Assembly: GCA_044220495.1 (NCBI GenBank)
Contig: JBGAQY010000001.1
Coordinates: 126,515 to 190,514 of the forward strand
Direction: 5' to 3'
Length of the DNA: 64,000 nucleotides
Source of the DNA: Acidimicrobiales bacterium
GTDB taxonomy: Bacteria; Actinomycetota; Acidimicrobiia; Acidimicrobiales; JBBSGY01
Shown here: piece after piece, positions 50,673-60,459 of the stretch
How the letters are laid out: the number at the start of each line of letters is the position of its first letter
Position numbering within the stretch: the first letter of the stretch is position 1
Translations under genes and position numbers: made by a program
The notes under the pieces: model-generated
Databases searched by the model: none
Told to the model about the DNA's origin: nothing
Seen by the model: the letters and a program-made list of their open reading frames with translations, nothing else

Positions 50673-51737
50673 CTACTGCTCACCACTCAGCTGACGCGCG
50701 CGCTCTTCTGCGACCGCTGCATCAACCAACTCGTCCATCTCACCCATCAATACGCGGTCGAGCTTGTACAACGTAAGACCGAGGCGGTGGTCAGTAACAC
50801 GGTTGTCTTTGAAGTTGTAAGTGCGGATCTTCTCTGAACGTCCGCCACCACCTACTTGTCCTTTACGTGCTTCTGACATCTCGGCTTGATGGCGGTCTTG
50901 CTCGGCCTTCAGCAATCGCGAACGCAAAACAATCATCGCCTTCGCACGGTTTTGAATCTGGCTCTTTTCGTCTTGCATCGACACGACGACACCAGTCGGT
51001 TTGTGCGTAATACGGACAGCAGAGTCAGTGGTGTTGACGCTCTGACCACCAGGACCCGACGAACGGTAAACGTCAATCTGCAAATCATTCGGATCGATCT
51101 CGACATCGACCTCTTCTGCCTCAGGAAGCACCGTCACCGTCGCCGACGACGTGTGCACACGGCCCTGCGACTCAGTGACAGGAACGCGCTGCACGCGATG
51201 CGGACCGCCCTCGTGCTTCATGCGACTCCACACTCCGGGGCCTTTGAGCATGAATGACACTTCGTTGAATCCGCCGCGCTCAGAGATCGTCGAGCCGAGC
51301 ACTTCGAACTTCCAGCGCTGGCGGTCGGCGTAGCGCATGTACATGTCAAAAAGGTCTTTGGCGAAGAGGTTGGCTTCTTCACCGCCTTCGGCACCGCGCA
51401 CTTCGACGATTACGTTGCGGTCGTCGTTGGGATCTTTCGGCAGCAGCAGTACACGCAACTCGTCTTCGAGTCGCGTAATGGTTGCCTCGGCACTCTCGAT
51501 CTCGGCGCGCAACAACTCGCGGTCGTCTCCCGAAGATTCGGCAAACATTTCTTTGGCCGTTGCAAGGTCTTCAAGCGCCTGACGATACTCACGGTACGCA
51601 GCAACAATCGGCTCAAGTTCTTTGTGTCGGCGCGACACATCACGAAGCTTTTTCTGATCCCCCAAAACGACAGGGTCGCTCAAGTTGGTCAGAACATCTT
51701 CATATTCGCGTTCTAAACCAGCGAGACGTTCAAGCAC
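50673..51737 (-). CDS. prfA: Peptide chain release factor 1
   Basis: HRVQRVPVTESQGR (PxT), GPGGQSVNTTDSAVR and RSEKIRTYN motifs. Confidence 0.98.
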   Translation of the reverse strand: MLERLAGLEREYEDVLTNLSDPVVLGDQKKLRDVSRRHKELEPIVAAYREYRQALEDLATAKEMFAESSGDDRELLRAEIESAEATITRLEDELRVLLLPKDPNDDRNVIVEVRGAEGGEEANLFAKDLFDMYMRYADRQRWKFEVLGSTISERGGFNEVSFMLKGPGVWSRMKHEGGPHRVQRVPVTESQGRVHTSSATVTVLPEAEEVDVEIDPNDLQIDVYRSSGPGGQSVNTTDSAVRITHKPTGVVVSMQDEKSQIQNRAKAMIVLRSRLLKAEQDRHQAEMSEARKGQVGGGGRSEKIRTYNFKDNRVTDHRLGLTLYKLDRVLMGEMDELVDAAVAEERARQLSGEQ

Positions 51738-51838
51738 CCAACCAACCTAGGCCACTCGCACTTTCACCCACGCGAAAAAACCAAAACCGAACCCAAAATC
51801 CCCGACTTTTGGTCATATCGCGTACCCGAAACACAGCA

Positions 51839-52047
51839 GCCGTCGTGACGCGGTGGTTAGCGAGCTGATTTTCTGCGTGGCAAGGCCGCAGGCGAGGACG
51901 CCTACGACGGTAGGCGACGAGCCGAGAACGCCGTCGTGACGCGGTGGTTAGCGAGCTGATTTTCTGCGTGGCAAGGCCGCAGGCGAGGACGCCTACGACG
52001 GTAGGCGACGAGCCGAGAACGCCGCCACGCTGGAAATCAGCCGCTAA
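51839..52047. repeat. Perfect 91-bp tandem duplication overlapping a 100-bp palindromic (REP/MITE-like) element
   Basis: 51839-51929 is identical to 51930-52020. Element 51948-52047 has inverted ends TTAGCG-AGCTGATTT..GCGTGGC / GCCACGC..AAATCAGC-CGCTAA. Confidence 0.9.
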
Positions 52048-52256
52048 GCCTTGGTTTTGCGGGAGCCGTATCGCTTATTAAACCGCTCGACGCGGCCACC
52101 GGTGTCGACCAGCTTTTGCTGACCTGTGTAGAACGGGTGGCACTGGTCACAAAGTTCTACCGAGATCTTCGACACGGTTGCCTTGGTAACAAAGGTGTTG
52201 CCGCACGAGCAGGTGACATTGGCTTCTTCGTAGTTCGGGTGAATGTCTGTCTTCAT
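52044..52256 (-). CDS. rpmE: 50S ribosomal protein L31, Zn-binding type
   Basis: [23 protein letters not shown] and GRVERF motifs. Confidence 0.98.
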   Translation of the reverse strand: MKTDIHPNYEEANVTCSCGNTFVTKATVSKISVELCDQCHPFYTGQQKLVDTGGRVERFNKRYGSRKTKA

Positions 52257-52363
52257 CGCAATTACCTCTCTAGCTGCACATCGACGCGGCGTTACAACCG
52301 TGAAAATCGAGATCTATTCCGCAAACTGTAGCCGGGACTTTCTCGCCCCAGCACCAGTGGCCC

Positions 52364-54166
52364 TTAAGCCCCAGGCACCTGGTTTTTGGCGATTTCGGCC
52401 AGGAACTCTTCGTTGCTCTTGGTCGTCTTGATCTTGTCCATCAACAACTCGAGGCCGGCGGCTGGGCTGCCGTCTTGACCAAGAGCATTGAGAACTCGGC
52501 GGAGCTTCCAAACCTGCGTCAGCTCGGTGCGGTCGAAAAGCAGCTCTTCGTGACGAGTCGACGAAGCATTGACGTCGATCGCCGGGTAGAGGCGTCGCTC
52601 AGCGAGACGACGGTCGAGACGAAGCTCCATGTTGCCCGTTCCCTTGAACTCTTCGAAGATCACCTCGTCCATCTTCGAACCGGTCTCGACAAGAGCGGTA
52701 GCGAGGATGGTGAGCGATCCGCCTTCTTCAATGTTGCGGGCAGAACCGAAGAACTTCTTCGGCGGATACAGAGCACCCGAGTCGACACCACCGGAAAGGA
52801 TGCGTCCTGAGGCGGGCGCCGCGAGGTTGTAGGCACGAGCAAGACGCGTAATGCCATCGAGAATGATGACGACATCGGTACCTTGCTCAACCAAACGCTT
52901 GGCACGCTCGAGCGCAAGCTCAGAAACACGCGTGTGCTCATCGGCCGGACGGTCGAACGTTGACGCAATCACTTCGCCGCGCACAGTGCGACGCATGTCA
53001 GTGACTTCTTCAGGACGCTCATCAACCAGCAACACCATCAAATGAACATTGGGATTGTTGGCTTCGATCGAGTGCGCAATCTGCTTCATCACTGTTGTCT
53101 TGCCAGCCTTGGGGGGCGACACGATAAGACCGCGTTGCCCACGACCGATCGGCGCCAGCAAGTCGACAATGCGCGCCGTCATGTTGGCCGAATCGCCCGG
53201 CACCTCAAGGTGCAACTTGGCATCAGGGAAAAGCGGAGTGAGATCTTCAAAACGCGGGCGTTCACGCGCCACATCGGGTGCGAGGCCGCTGATCTTGTCG
53301 ACACTCAACAACGCCGGAAACTTTTCGGTACTCGTAGGCGGACGACTCTGCCCCTCGATGTAATCGCCCTTGCGTAGCAGGTATTTACGAACCTGACTTA
53401 CGGGGACGTATACATCTTTCGCACCGTTGAGAAACGTCTTGCCGCGCAGAAAACCAAAACCTTCGTCGCGCAGCTCTAAATAACCTTCGCAAGCAACGGG
53501 CTCACCTTGATAAGGCTGCTCGTTGAACTCTTGACGCTCGGAACGATCACCACGATCACCACGATCGCGATCTCTGTCGCGGTTGCGCCCTCGACGGCGA
53601 CGGCTGCTGCGGCTGTTGCCCGACCCACCCTCGGCGGCGTAGTTGTCAAAACCTCGTTGGCGGTCGCGGTTGCGACCAGAACGCTCGCCTTGCTCGTCAG
53701 ACTTGCCTTCCGATTTGCCTTCAGCCTTACCTTCAGACTTCGCTTCGGCTTTACCCTCAGACTTGCCTTCAGGTGAGCTGCCGTTGCTCGAACCGCTGCC
53801 ATTGGTTGACGGAGCGTCAGACGAGGGGGCCGGCGCCGTTGGCGACTCGGCGGTGGCTACCGCTACCGACCCACTGCCGTTACTCGATGCGTCAGCTGAA
53901 GCGTCGGCCGCGGCGGCTGACTTCGCTCGGCTGGGCCGGCTGCGCTTCGGGCGCTCTTCCGTTGCGGTGTCTGCTGCCGCACCATTTTTTGAACTACTCG
54001 TACTGTCTGACACGGCTACCCCCGTGAATTGCAGGATCTGTTCGATTACACCGGACTTAGTGGGCCGACCCGAAAGTTGAACCCCGACGGTTTTGGCTAT
54101 TGCGCGCAGCTCGTCGGCCTTCTTGGCCTCGAGAACCGAGCGATCGAGCCTGTGCTCTTCGCTCAC
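52364..54166 (-). CDS. rho: Transcription termination factor Rho with low-complexity N-terminal insertion
   Basis: [32 protein letters not shown] and [10 protein letters not shown] motifs. GAGGT precedes GTG 54166. Confidence 0.98.
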   Translation of the reverse strand: MSEEHRLDRSVLEAKKADELRAIAKTVGVQLSGRPTKSGVIEQILQFTGVAVSDSTSSSKNGAAADTATEERPKRSRPSRAKSAAAADASADASSNGSGSVAVATAESPTAPAPSSDAPSTNGSGSSNGSSPEGKSEGKAEAKSEGKAEGKSEGKSDEQGERSGRNRDRQRGFDNYAAEGGSGNSRSSRRRRGRNRDRDRDRGDRGDRSERQEFNEQPYQGEPVACEGYLELRDEGFGFLRGKTFLNGAKDVYVPVSQVRKYLLRKGDYIEGQSRPPTSTEKFPALLSVDKISGLAPDVARERPRFEDLTPLFPDAKLHLEVPGDSANMTARIVDLLAPIGRGQRGLIVSPPKAGKTTVMKQIAHSIEANNPNVHLMVLLVDERPEEVTDMRRTVRGEVIASTFDRPADEHTRVSELALERAKRLVEQGTDVVIILDGITRLARAYNLAAPASGRILSGGVDSGALYPPKKFFGSARNIEEGGSLTILATALVETGSKMDEVIFEEFKGTGNMELRLDRRLAERRLYPAIDVNASSTRHEELLFDRTELTQVWKLRRVLNALGQDGSPAAGLELLMDKIKTTKSNEEFLAEIAKNQVPGA

Positions 54167-54472
54167 ATGCACCTCGCTTACTTAAATAAAGAGATTTGGA
54201 ACGAGCTCGTCGCCTCGCTCTCGAGAATCGAAAAGTCGAGCTGAGAGGTGGGAGAAAGCTTGCGCCTGTGGACGGTCGAAACCCGGCGAGAAAAAACACG
54301 GATTAAGAAGAACGACATCTCGCTGGGAGGCCATTTACTTGGGCTCAGCCACCGGAAGCTTCGGGCTGATTTCGACGCCACAAGTCAGTGGTTTGTTCGA
54401 CTTGGCTAGATCGTAACCCCGATTCGACGCCCGGGGCAACCACATCGCGAAATGATCAAAATCTTCTCCAGA

Positions 54473-55516
54473 TCAGGTGCTTACCAAATAACTGCGAATT
54501 GCTGACTCTGTTGCGTCTAACACAACGGGCGTCGGTGACTGGGCAAGCGCCAAGTCAGGATCTTTCAGCCCGTGTCCAGTCAAGATACACACGACTGTCT
54601 TACCTTCAGGGACACCAACCTTGAATAGTCCGGCAATCGACGCCGCCGAGGCCGGTTCGCAAAACACCGATTCGTTGGCAGCCACGAACTTGTAAGCGTC
54701 AAGAATCTCTTCATCGGTAACCGCGTTGATACTTCCGCCCGACTCTGACGCCGCTGCGCTCGCGCCCGCCCACGACGCAGGATTGCCGATGCGAATGGCG
54801 GTTGCGATCGTCTCGGGGTCATGCACAGGCGAGCCATGAACAATGGGGGCCGCGCCTGCTGCCTGAAAGCCGAGCATCGTCGGAACGCCGTTGGAACGCC
54901 CGGCGCGTTGATACTCGAGATAGCCCTTCCAATACGCCGTGATATTCCCGGCGTTACCGACTGGCATGCACTGGTAGTCGGGCGCATGACCGAGCGCGTC
55001 GACGATCTCGAATGCTCCAGTCTTTTGGCCTTCAAGACGGTCGGGGTTAATGGAGTTGACAACTGCAATGGATCCGTCGTCGCCGAGCGTGCGCACGATC
55101 TCAAGTGCTTCGTCGAAATTGCCGCGAATCTGAATGACGTCGGCTCCGTGCATCAATGCTTGCGCCAACTTGCCCATTGCGATGTAACCGTCGGGGATGA
55201 GAACAATGCAGCGCATGCCAGCTCGGTTTGCATACGCTGCTGCCGCAGCTGACGTGTTGCCGGTCGACGCGCACACGACTGACCGTGCTCCACCCGCCGC
55301 TGCTTTCGTGACTGCAAGTGTCATGCCGCGATCTTTGAACGAACCGGTTGGGTTGAGCCCCTCGTTCTTCAAATAGACCTGCGCGCCAACGCGTTCTGAA
55401 ATGGCCGGCGCGGGAACAAGCGGAGTTGCGCCTTCGAACAACGTAACCGCAGCGACGTCGTCAGCGATCGGCAAGAACTCTCGGTATTCGTCAATGATGC
55501 CTTGCCAAGCTTTCAT
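54473..55516 (-). CDS. thrC: Threonine synthase
   Basis: [28 protein letters not shown] and LTGHGLKDP motifs. ATGA overlap with the upstream gene. Confidence 0.97.
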   Translation of the reverse strand: MKAWQGIIDEYREFLPIADDVAAVTLFEGATPLVPAPAISERVGAQVYLKNEGLNPTGSFKDRGMTLAVTKAAAGGARSVVCASTGNTSAAAAAYANRAGMRCIVLIPDGYIAMGKLAQALMHGADVIQIRGNFDEALEIVRTLGDDGSIAVVNSINPDRLEGQKTGAFEIVDALGHAPDYQCMPVGNAGNITAYWKGYLEYQRAGRSNGVPTMLGFQAAGAAPIVHGSPVHDPETIATAIRIGNPASWAGASAAASESGGSINAVTDEEILDAYKFVAANESVFCEPASAASIAGLFKVGVPEGKTVVCILTGHGLKDPDLALAQSPTPVVLDATESAIRSYLVST

Positions 55517-56121
55517 TGCACACGCTCGCTCAGCTGATCGACCACTTCGCTCCAATCAACAGCGCGCGTTACGCCGCTGGGCAATGGGTGGCGACGGTTC
55601 CACGAGAAGTCTCCATACAAAATGCCCACGCCACCTGATTCGGCGAACTGCGAGATGTTCGTGTAAGAGTCATCAACGAGCGCAACGGCACCTTTTTCTA
55701 TGCACACTTCTGCTTTTGTCCTCTTGTTTGGGTAGTCGTCATCCATATACGTGTTGCAAAGGTGAACCGACTCGAAGTGGCCGGGAAAGTGATGATCGAG
55801 CCAAGCCAAGGTGCGCGCACTGTATGAATCGTCGCGCGCAGTCACGACTATCAAGTCGTAACGGTCACGGATCTTGTCAAGCGCCACGCGCGACCCATCG
55901 AGAGGTTCAACAAACGGATCGTGCTGATCAAAGAACGCCCTCACACGATCGAACGCTTCTTGTCGCGATCCACCCCACACGTCGTTGAACTCGAAAGTAA
56001 AGAAATCTTCGGCCGTTAGCGATGTGTTGTGCACGCGATTGTGAAACGGAACCAAGTCGCGCATGAACGGATAGATCAGATCGTCAAGATCAAGGGCGAC
56101 AAGTGGCTTGGGTGCTGGCAC
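55513..56121 (-). CDS. HAD-superfamily hydrolase, 5'(3')-deoxyribonucleotidase (NT5C)-like
   Basis: ALDLDD (motif I), VVTAR (II), K (III), LVDDS (IV) and FSWNR. Confidence 0.85.
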   Translation of the reverse strand: MPAPKPLVALDLDDLIYPFMRDLVPFHNRVHNTSLTAEDFFTFEFNDVWGGSRQEAFDRVRAFFDQHDPFVEPLDGSRVALDKIRDRYDLIVVTARDDSYSARTLAWLDHHFPGHFESVHLCNTYMDDDYPNKRTKAEVCIEKGAVALVDDSYTNISQFAESGGVGILYGDFSWNRRHPLPSGVTRAVDWSEVVDQLSERVQ

Positions 56122-57417
56122 TTAGGCACCTTGTTCGATCACGCGCATGACATTGCCAACTCGTCGCACCGAACTGAGCGCTCGCAAGTCGTGCAGACAC
56201 GACCGAACATCGCTCTCAAGCGCTGCGTGCGTGACAAAGATGAGTCGCGCCTCGTCGGCCAGGCCAACTTGTTCCATCGACCGAATCGACACATCGTGCG
56301 CACCGAAGATTCCGGCCACTGCAGCAAGCACGCCCGGCTCATCAGCGACGTCAAGCGTCAAGTAAAACGGCGATGACTGCTCGTCAATCGGCCATACCCC
56401 AGCGGTACCGGTGATGGGTGTCCACCCCGTCGTGCCGGCCACGCGGTTTTGCGCAGCGTCAATGAGGTCGCCCAAAACTGCACTTGCTGTGGGTTGTCCG
56501 CCGGCACCGCGTCCGTAAAACATCAACTCACCGACAGCATCACCTTCGACAAACAACGCGTTGAACGACAAGCGCACCGACGCAAGCGGATGAGCTTTCG
56601 GGATCATGGTCGGATGCACGCGCACGCCAACCCGATCTTTGGGGCCGCGCTCGACAACGGCGAGCAACTTCACGACGAACCCAAGACGACCAGCAAGGGC
56701 AATGTCTTCGGCCGTCACCGTTGAAATACCTTCGCTATAAACATCGCCAGCAACTATCGGAGCGCCAAAGGCGACATTGGCGAGAATTGCTGCTTTGGCA
56801 GCTGCGTCGTAGCCCTCGACATCAGCGGTTGGGTCGCGTTCGGCGTACCCCCTGCTTTGTGCTTCGGCTAGCGCGGCACCGTAGTCAACACCGTCTTCAG
56901 TCATTCGAGTGAGAATGAAGTTGGTTGTGCCGTTCACGATGCCCATTACGCGCGTTATCGGCTCACCGGCAAGTGAACGACGCAGCGCGCCGATAAGCGG
57001 AATGCCTCCGCCGACAGCAGCCTCATATAAGAGGTCGACACCTTTGGTGTGCGCTAGTTGCGTGAGCTCGGAACCAACGTTAGCTATGAGCTCTTTGTTG
57101 GCCGTAACAACGGGCTTGCCCAAGTCGAGCGCTTTCGAAATGAGACCCCGGGCGGGTTCAATTCCACCCATCAACTCGACAACTACGTCTACCGACGGGT
57201 CAGCAACAACAGCAGCACTGTCGTCGGTAATTACACCCGCCGGCAAAGCAACATCACGCTCTTTTGACGGACTGCGCACCGACACTTTGCGCACCTCAAA
57301 AGCAAGCCCTGTGCGGGCTTCAACGTGTGCGGCTTTCTCTTGCAGCAGCTGAACGAGAGCCGCTCCGACGTTTCCACATCCGAGAATGCCAACACCCACC
57401 GTGGCCGACTTAGTCAT
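56122..57417 (-). CDS. hom: Homoserine dehydrogenase with ACT domain
   Basis: GCGNVG, VVTANK, EAAVGGGIP, NGTTN, DVEGYDAAAK and DEPGVLA motifs. Confidence 0.97.
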   Translation of the reverse strand: MTKSATVGVGILGCGNVGAALVQLLQEKAAHVEARTGLAFEVRKVSVRSPSKERDVALPAGVITDDSAAVVADPSVDVVVELMGGIEPARGLISKALDLGKPVVTANKELIANVGSELTQLAHTKGVDLLYEAAVGGGIPLIGALRRSLAGEPITRVMGIVNGTTNFILTRMTEDGVDYGAALAEAQSRGYAERDPTADVEGYDAAAKAAILANVAFGAPIVAGDVYSEGISTVTAEDIALAGRLGFVVKLLAVVERGPKDRVGVRVHPTMIPKAHPLASVRLSFNALFVEGDAVGELMFYGRGAGGQPTASAVLGDLIDAAQNRVAGTTGWTPITGTAGVWPIDEQSSPFYLTLDVADEPGVLAAVAGIFGAHDVSIRSMEQVGLADEARLIFVTHAALESDVRSCLHDLRALSSVRRVGNVMRVIEQGA

Positions 57418-57450
57418 GCGAGAGAGGCTACCCGAGGCGGACGATGAGGG

Positions 57451-58731
57451 TTAGACCTCGAGTCGAATCAGGTCTTCGTAGGTTTCGCGTCGCACAACAA
57501 CGCGCGCGTCGCCGTCTCGTACGAAAATCACAGGAGGACGACCAACTCGGTTGTAGTTCGACGCCATCGTGTGCCCGTAAGCGCCAGTGACGGGAGTTGC
57601 GATGATGTCGTTCACAACGGTCGACTCGGGAATCTTCGCGTCGCGCACGACAAGGTCACCCGACTCACAGTGCTTGCCAACAATCGTGACCGTGCGCGGG
57701 CGTTGCGCTTCGGGATCACGCGGCAAGAACGCTTCATAGCCACTTCCATAAAGCACGGGACGCGGGTTGTCGCTCATTCCCCCATCAACCGATAGGTAAG
57801 TACGGATGCCGGGCAGCTCTTTGATCGTGCCAACCGTGTAGAGCGTGATGCCTGCTGTTGCGACAATGCTGCGCCCGGGCTCGGCAGTAACACGCACACT
57901 TTCAGGAAGACCCGACGCGGCCATGGCTTTGCGCACGGCCACTCCCCACTCAGCGATGGTCAAGGCAGACTCTTCGCCGACGTAGGCAACACCTAAACCT
58001 CCGCCGATGCACAACTCTTTGATGTTGTTGTCACGAACGAAAGGCGTTAGTACTTCAATCTCTTTTTCGAAGCCGACCGTGTCAAAAATCTGACTGCCGA
58101 TGTGCGCGTGAATGCCCTGCAATTCAAACGTAGGCGAAGCAACGATACGGTCAACAGCAGCTTGCGCATGACCGCTAGCAAGGCCAAAGCCAAATTTTGA
58201 ATCGTCTTGGCCCGTCATTACGTATTCGTGCGTGTGCGCCTCGACGCCCGGCGTAACTCTGATCAGACAGTGCACCGGCGGTTTGTCGCCAAACGCGTGC
58301 CAGATCGTTTCGATGCGATCGATCTCATCGAATGAATCGACGACGATTAGTCCGACGCCTTTTTCTATTGCGGTACTCAGCTCGGCTGCACTTTTGTTGT
58401 TGCCGTGAAAGACGAGCTGACTCGCAGGCACATCAGCAGCTAACGCAACATGCATTTCTCCGCCACTAGCAACATCGAGTCGCATGCCAGCCACGTGGGC
58501 CATGCGCGCCATCGCCAAACACAAGAACGCTTTTGTCGCATAGGCAACACCATCTGGGAAGGCTGCGACTGCTTCACGACAGCGGGCTTCTAGATGTGCT
58601 TCATCAAATACATAGGCGGGAGTGCCGAACTCTTCAGCAATGTCGAGCAGGCTGACTCCACCAATAGTCAACGCGCCGTCGAAACCAACGGTTGCGGTGT
58701 CAGGCAGAAGGTGGCGCGGTAGCGCCGTCAC
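57451..58731 (-). CDS. lysA: Diaminopimelate decarboxylase
   Basis: YATKAF, HGNNKS, SKFG, HIGSQ, EPGRS, HCESGD and GAYG motifs. Confidence 0.97.
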   Translation of the reverse strand: MTALPRHLLPDTATVGFDGALTIGGVSLLDIAEEFGTPAYVFDEAHLEARCREAVAAFPDGVAYATKAFLCLAMARMAHVAGMRLDVASGGEMHVALAADVPASQLVFHGNNKSAAELSTAIEKGVGLIVVDSFDEIDRIETIWHAFGDKPPVHCLIRVTPGVEAHTHEYVMTGQDDSKFGFGLASGHAQAAVDRIVASPTFELQGIHAHIGSQIFDTVGFEKEIEVLTPFVRDNNIKELCIGGGLGVAYVGEESALTIAEWGVAVRKAMAASGLPESVRVTAEPGRSIVATAGITLYTVGTIKELPGIRTYLSVDGGMSDNPRPVLYGSGYEAFLPRDPEAQRPRTVTIVGKHCESGDLVVRDAKIPESTVVNDIIATPVTGAYGHTMASNYNRVGRPPVIFVRDGDARVVVRRETYEDLIRLEV

Positions 58732-59105
58732 GACGCCGCTGGGCGCACCAGCGCCTTCACATCTTCGAGCAACCGAATTGGGTCGAATGGCTTGGTGATG
58801 TAAGCCGACGCGCCAGCATCGATGCCGGCTTGACGGTCGGTGTCGAGCGCTTTGGCCGACAACAGCACTACCGGCAAGTTCTGTGTTGCTTCGTCTTTGC
58901 GCAACTCGCTCAAAACCTCGAACCCATCGAGCTTGGGCATCATCACATCGAGCAAGACAATGTCGGGCAACAACTTGCGTGCTTGTTCGAGACCTTGTTC
59001 ACCATCGTCGGCGGTGCTGACCTCGAAGCCCTCCATCTCGAAGTTGACGCGAAGCAAGAGCTGAATAACAGGATCGTCGTCAACGATCAGCACGGAGTGG
59101 GGCAT
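58728..59105 (-). CDS. Single-domain CheY-like response regulator
   Basis: LIVDDD, LLDVMMP and YITKPF motifs. Leaderless ATG 59105. GTGA overlap with lysA. Confidence 0.93.
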   Translation of the reverse strand: MPHSVLIVDDDPVIQLLLRVNFEMEGFEVSTADDGEQGLEQARKLLPDIVLLDVMMPKLDGFEVLSELRKDEATQNLPVVLLSAKALDTDRQAGIDAGASAYITKPFDPIRLLEDVKALVRPAAS

Positions 59106-59227
59106 CCGGGCAAGTGTACTGTCCACCGGACCACGCCGAGTCTGAAGCGGGCTCAAGTTTCTCTGTTGTTGCGCCGGCTTGTGTTGCCGGCTTGCCGTCT
59201 CGCCGTCACAGTCCCCTATTCTTTGAC

Positions 59228-59737
59228 ATGGTTCAGCAACTAAGACTCAGGCCCCTTCGAGTGGAAGACGAGGCTGCCGCCGTCGCAGCCCACAACGCTT
59301 TGCTTGCTGACAATTTCACCTTTCTTTTCGGCCACGATGCCTTTGAGTCGTGGGACGACTACGTCGAGTCACTTGATCGCCAAGCTCGCGGCGCCGACAT
59401 CGAGCCGGGGCGCGTGCCCGCCAGCCTGCTTGTGGCAACCGTCGACGACAAGATCGTCGGACGCAGCTCTATTCGTTACGCACTCAACGACTACCTCGCC
59501 GTGATCGGCGGTCACATCGGCTATGCCGTGTTACCTGAGTTTCGCGGGCACGGGTTCGCAACCGAGATGTTGCGCCAAAGTCTCGTGATCGCTCGATCGC
59601 GTGGGGTCGACCGCGTACTCGTAACGTGCGACGACGACAACTACGCATCTGCCCGCGTAATCGAAAAGTGCGGCGGAATCCTCGAGTCAGTCGTCTACCG
59701 CGCGCAGCAGTCTTGGACTTTGACGGAACGTTGGTAG
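59228..59737 (+). CDS. GNAT acetyltransferase with a non-canonical C-terminus
   Basis: GGHIGYAVLPEFRGHGFAT and VTCDDDNYASARVIEKCGG motifs. Leaderless ATG 59228. Confidence 0.88.
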   Translation: MVQQLRLRPLRVEDEAAAVAAHNALLADNFTFLFGHDAFESWDDYVESLDRQARGADIEPGRVPASLLVATVDDKIVGRSSIRYALNDYLAVIGGHIGYAVLPEFRGHGFATEMLRQSLVIARSRGVDRVLVTCDDDNYASARVIEKCGGILESVVYRAQQSWTLTERW

Positions 59738-60330
59738 CGCGCGACCACTCAAGTCTGCTCGCCGCCCTCAACAACAAGGCAACCGAAACCGACAAGCTCA
59801 ACGCTGACTTCCACGCCGGTCTAATTTCTGGCGTGGAAGGTTTGCGACAGCAGATCGATCACATGCGCGGACTGACGATCGCACAGATCGTTGATGCGGT
59901 GACTGCTGTTGATTACTTAATGCCCGGAGCGCGCGAGCTGTTGACGTTCTTAAAGGCAAACGACATCGTGACGATCGTCGCATCAGGCTCAATCTTGCCG
60001 GTGCTCGAGCACTATCAGCAGAGGCTCGGTTTTGACCACGTTGTGGGGACTGCCGTGGCCCTCGATGGCGAGGTAATCGTCGGCGTTTCGGAAGAACGCC
60101 CAATAGTCGACGGCTTCAAGTTCACGGGCTGCAACGCAATCTTGCGCTCCCTCGACATCTCATGGGCTGATGTCGTCGCCATCGGTGATTCGCCTGCCGA
60201 ACAAGAACTGTTCGAACGCGCCGGACTAGCAATCGCGATCAACCCCAAGGGCAACATCGCATCGTTCGCCGACCACGTGTTGTACCAAGACTTATCTCCG
60301 GCAATCCAGATCATCAAGAGTGCGCGATGA
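59704..60330 (+). CDS. SerB-like HAD phosphatase domain with no start codon of its own
   Basis: VLDFDGTLV, LMPGA, VASGS, IGDS and AINPK motifs. The only upstream in-frame start is inside the GNAT gene. Confidence 0.75.
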   Translation, partial: AAVLDFDGTLVARDHSSLLAALNNKATETDKLNADFHAGLISGVEGLRQQIDHMRGLTIAQIVDAVTAVDYLMPGARELLTFLKANDIVTIVASGSILPVLEHYQQRLGFDHVVGTAVALDGEVIVGVSEERPIVDGFKFTGCNAILRSLDISWADVVAIGDSPAEQELFERAGLAIAINPKGNIASFADHVLYQDLSPAIQIIKSAR

Positions 60331-60430
60331 GAACGCACCGGTGATCGACTTCTACAAGCGTCTTGGATTCGTGGAAGTAAACCGCAAGCAATACGACAAT
60401 CGCATCGACATGACGATGTTCCGCTACTGA
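60320..60430 (+). pseudogene. C-terminal fragment of a second GNAT acetyltransferase
   Basis: VRDENAPVIDFYKRLGFVEVNRKQYDNRIDMTMFRY* carries the GNAT motif B pattern N..(A/V)I.FY.RLGF and has no N-terminal part. Confidence 0.65.
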
Positions 60431-60450
60431 GGCGTTTCCATGGGAACGCC
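60431..60450. repeat. 20-bp near-perfect palindrome, with related copies at 61129-61144 and 61679-61692
   Basis: ggcgtttccatgggaacgcc; cgtttccatcgaaacg; gtttcgatggaaac. Confidence 0.75.
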
Positions 60451-60459
60451 CCGTCTGCG

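Noticed and set aside
51839-52020. Tandem 91-bp units as CRISPR or tRNA genes
   Set aside because: The units are fully identical with no unique spacers, and there is no cloverleaf, T-loop GTTC or CCA end.
53700-53775. 12-bp tandem repeats in rho (EGKS/EGKA)
   Set aside because: Part of the known low-complexity N-terminal insertion of actinobacterial Rho, so not novel.
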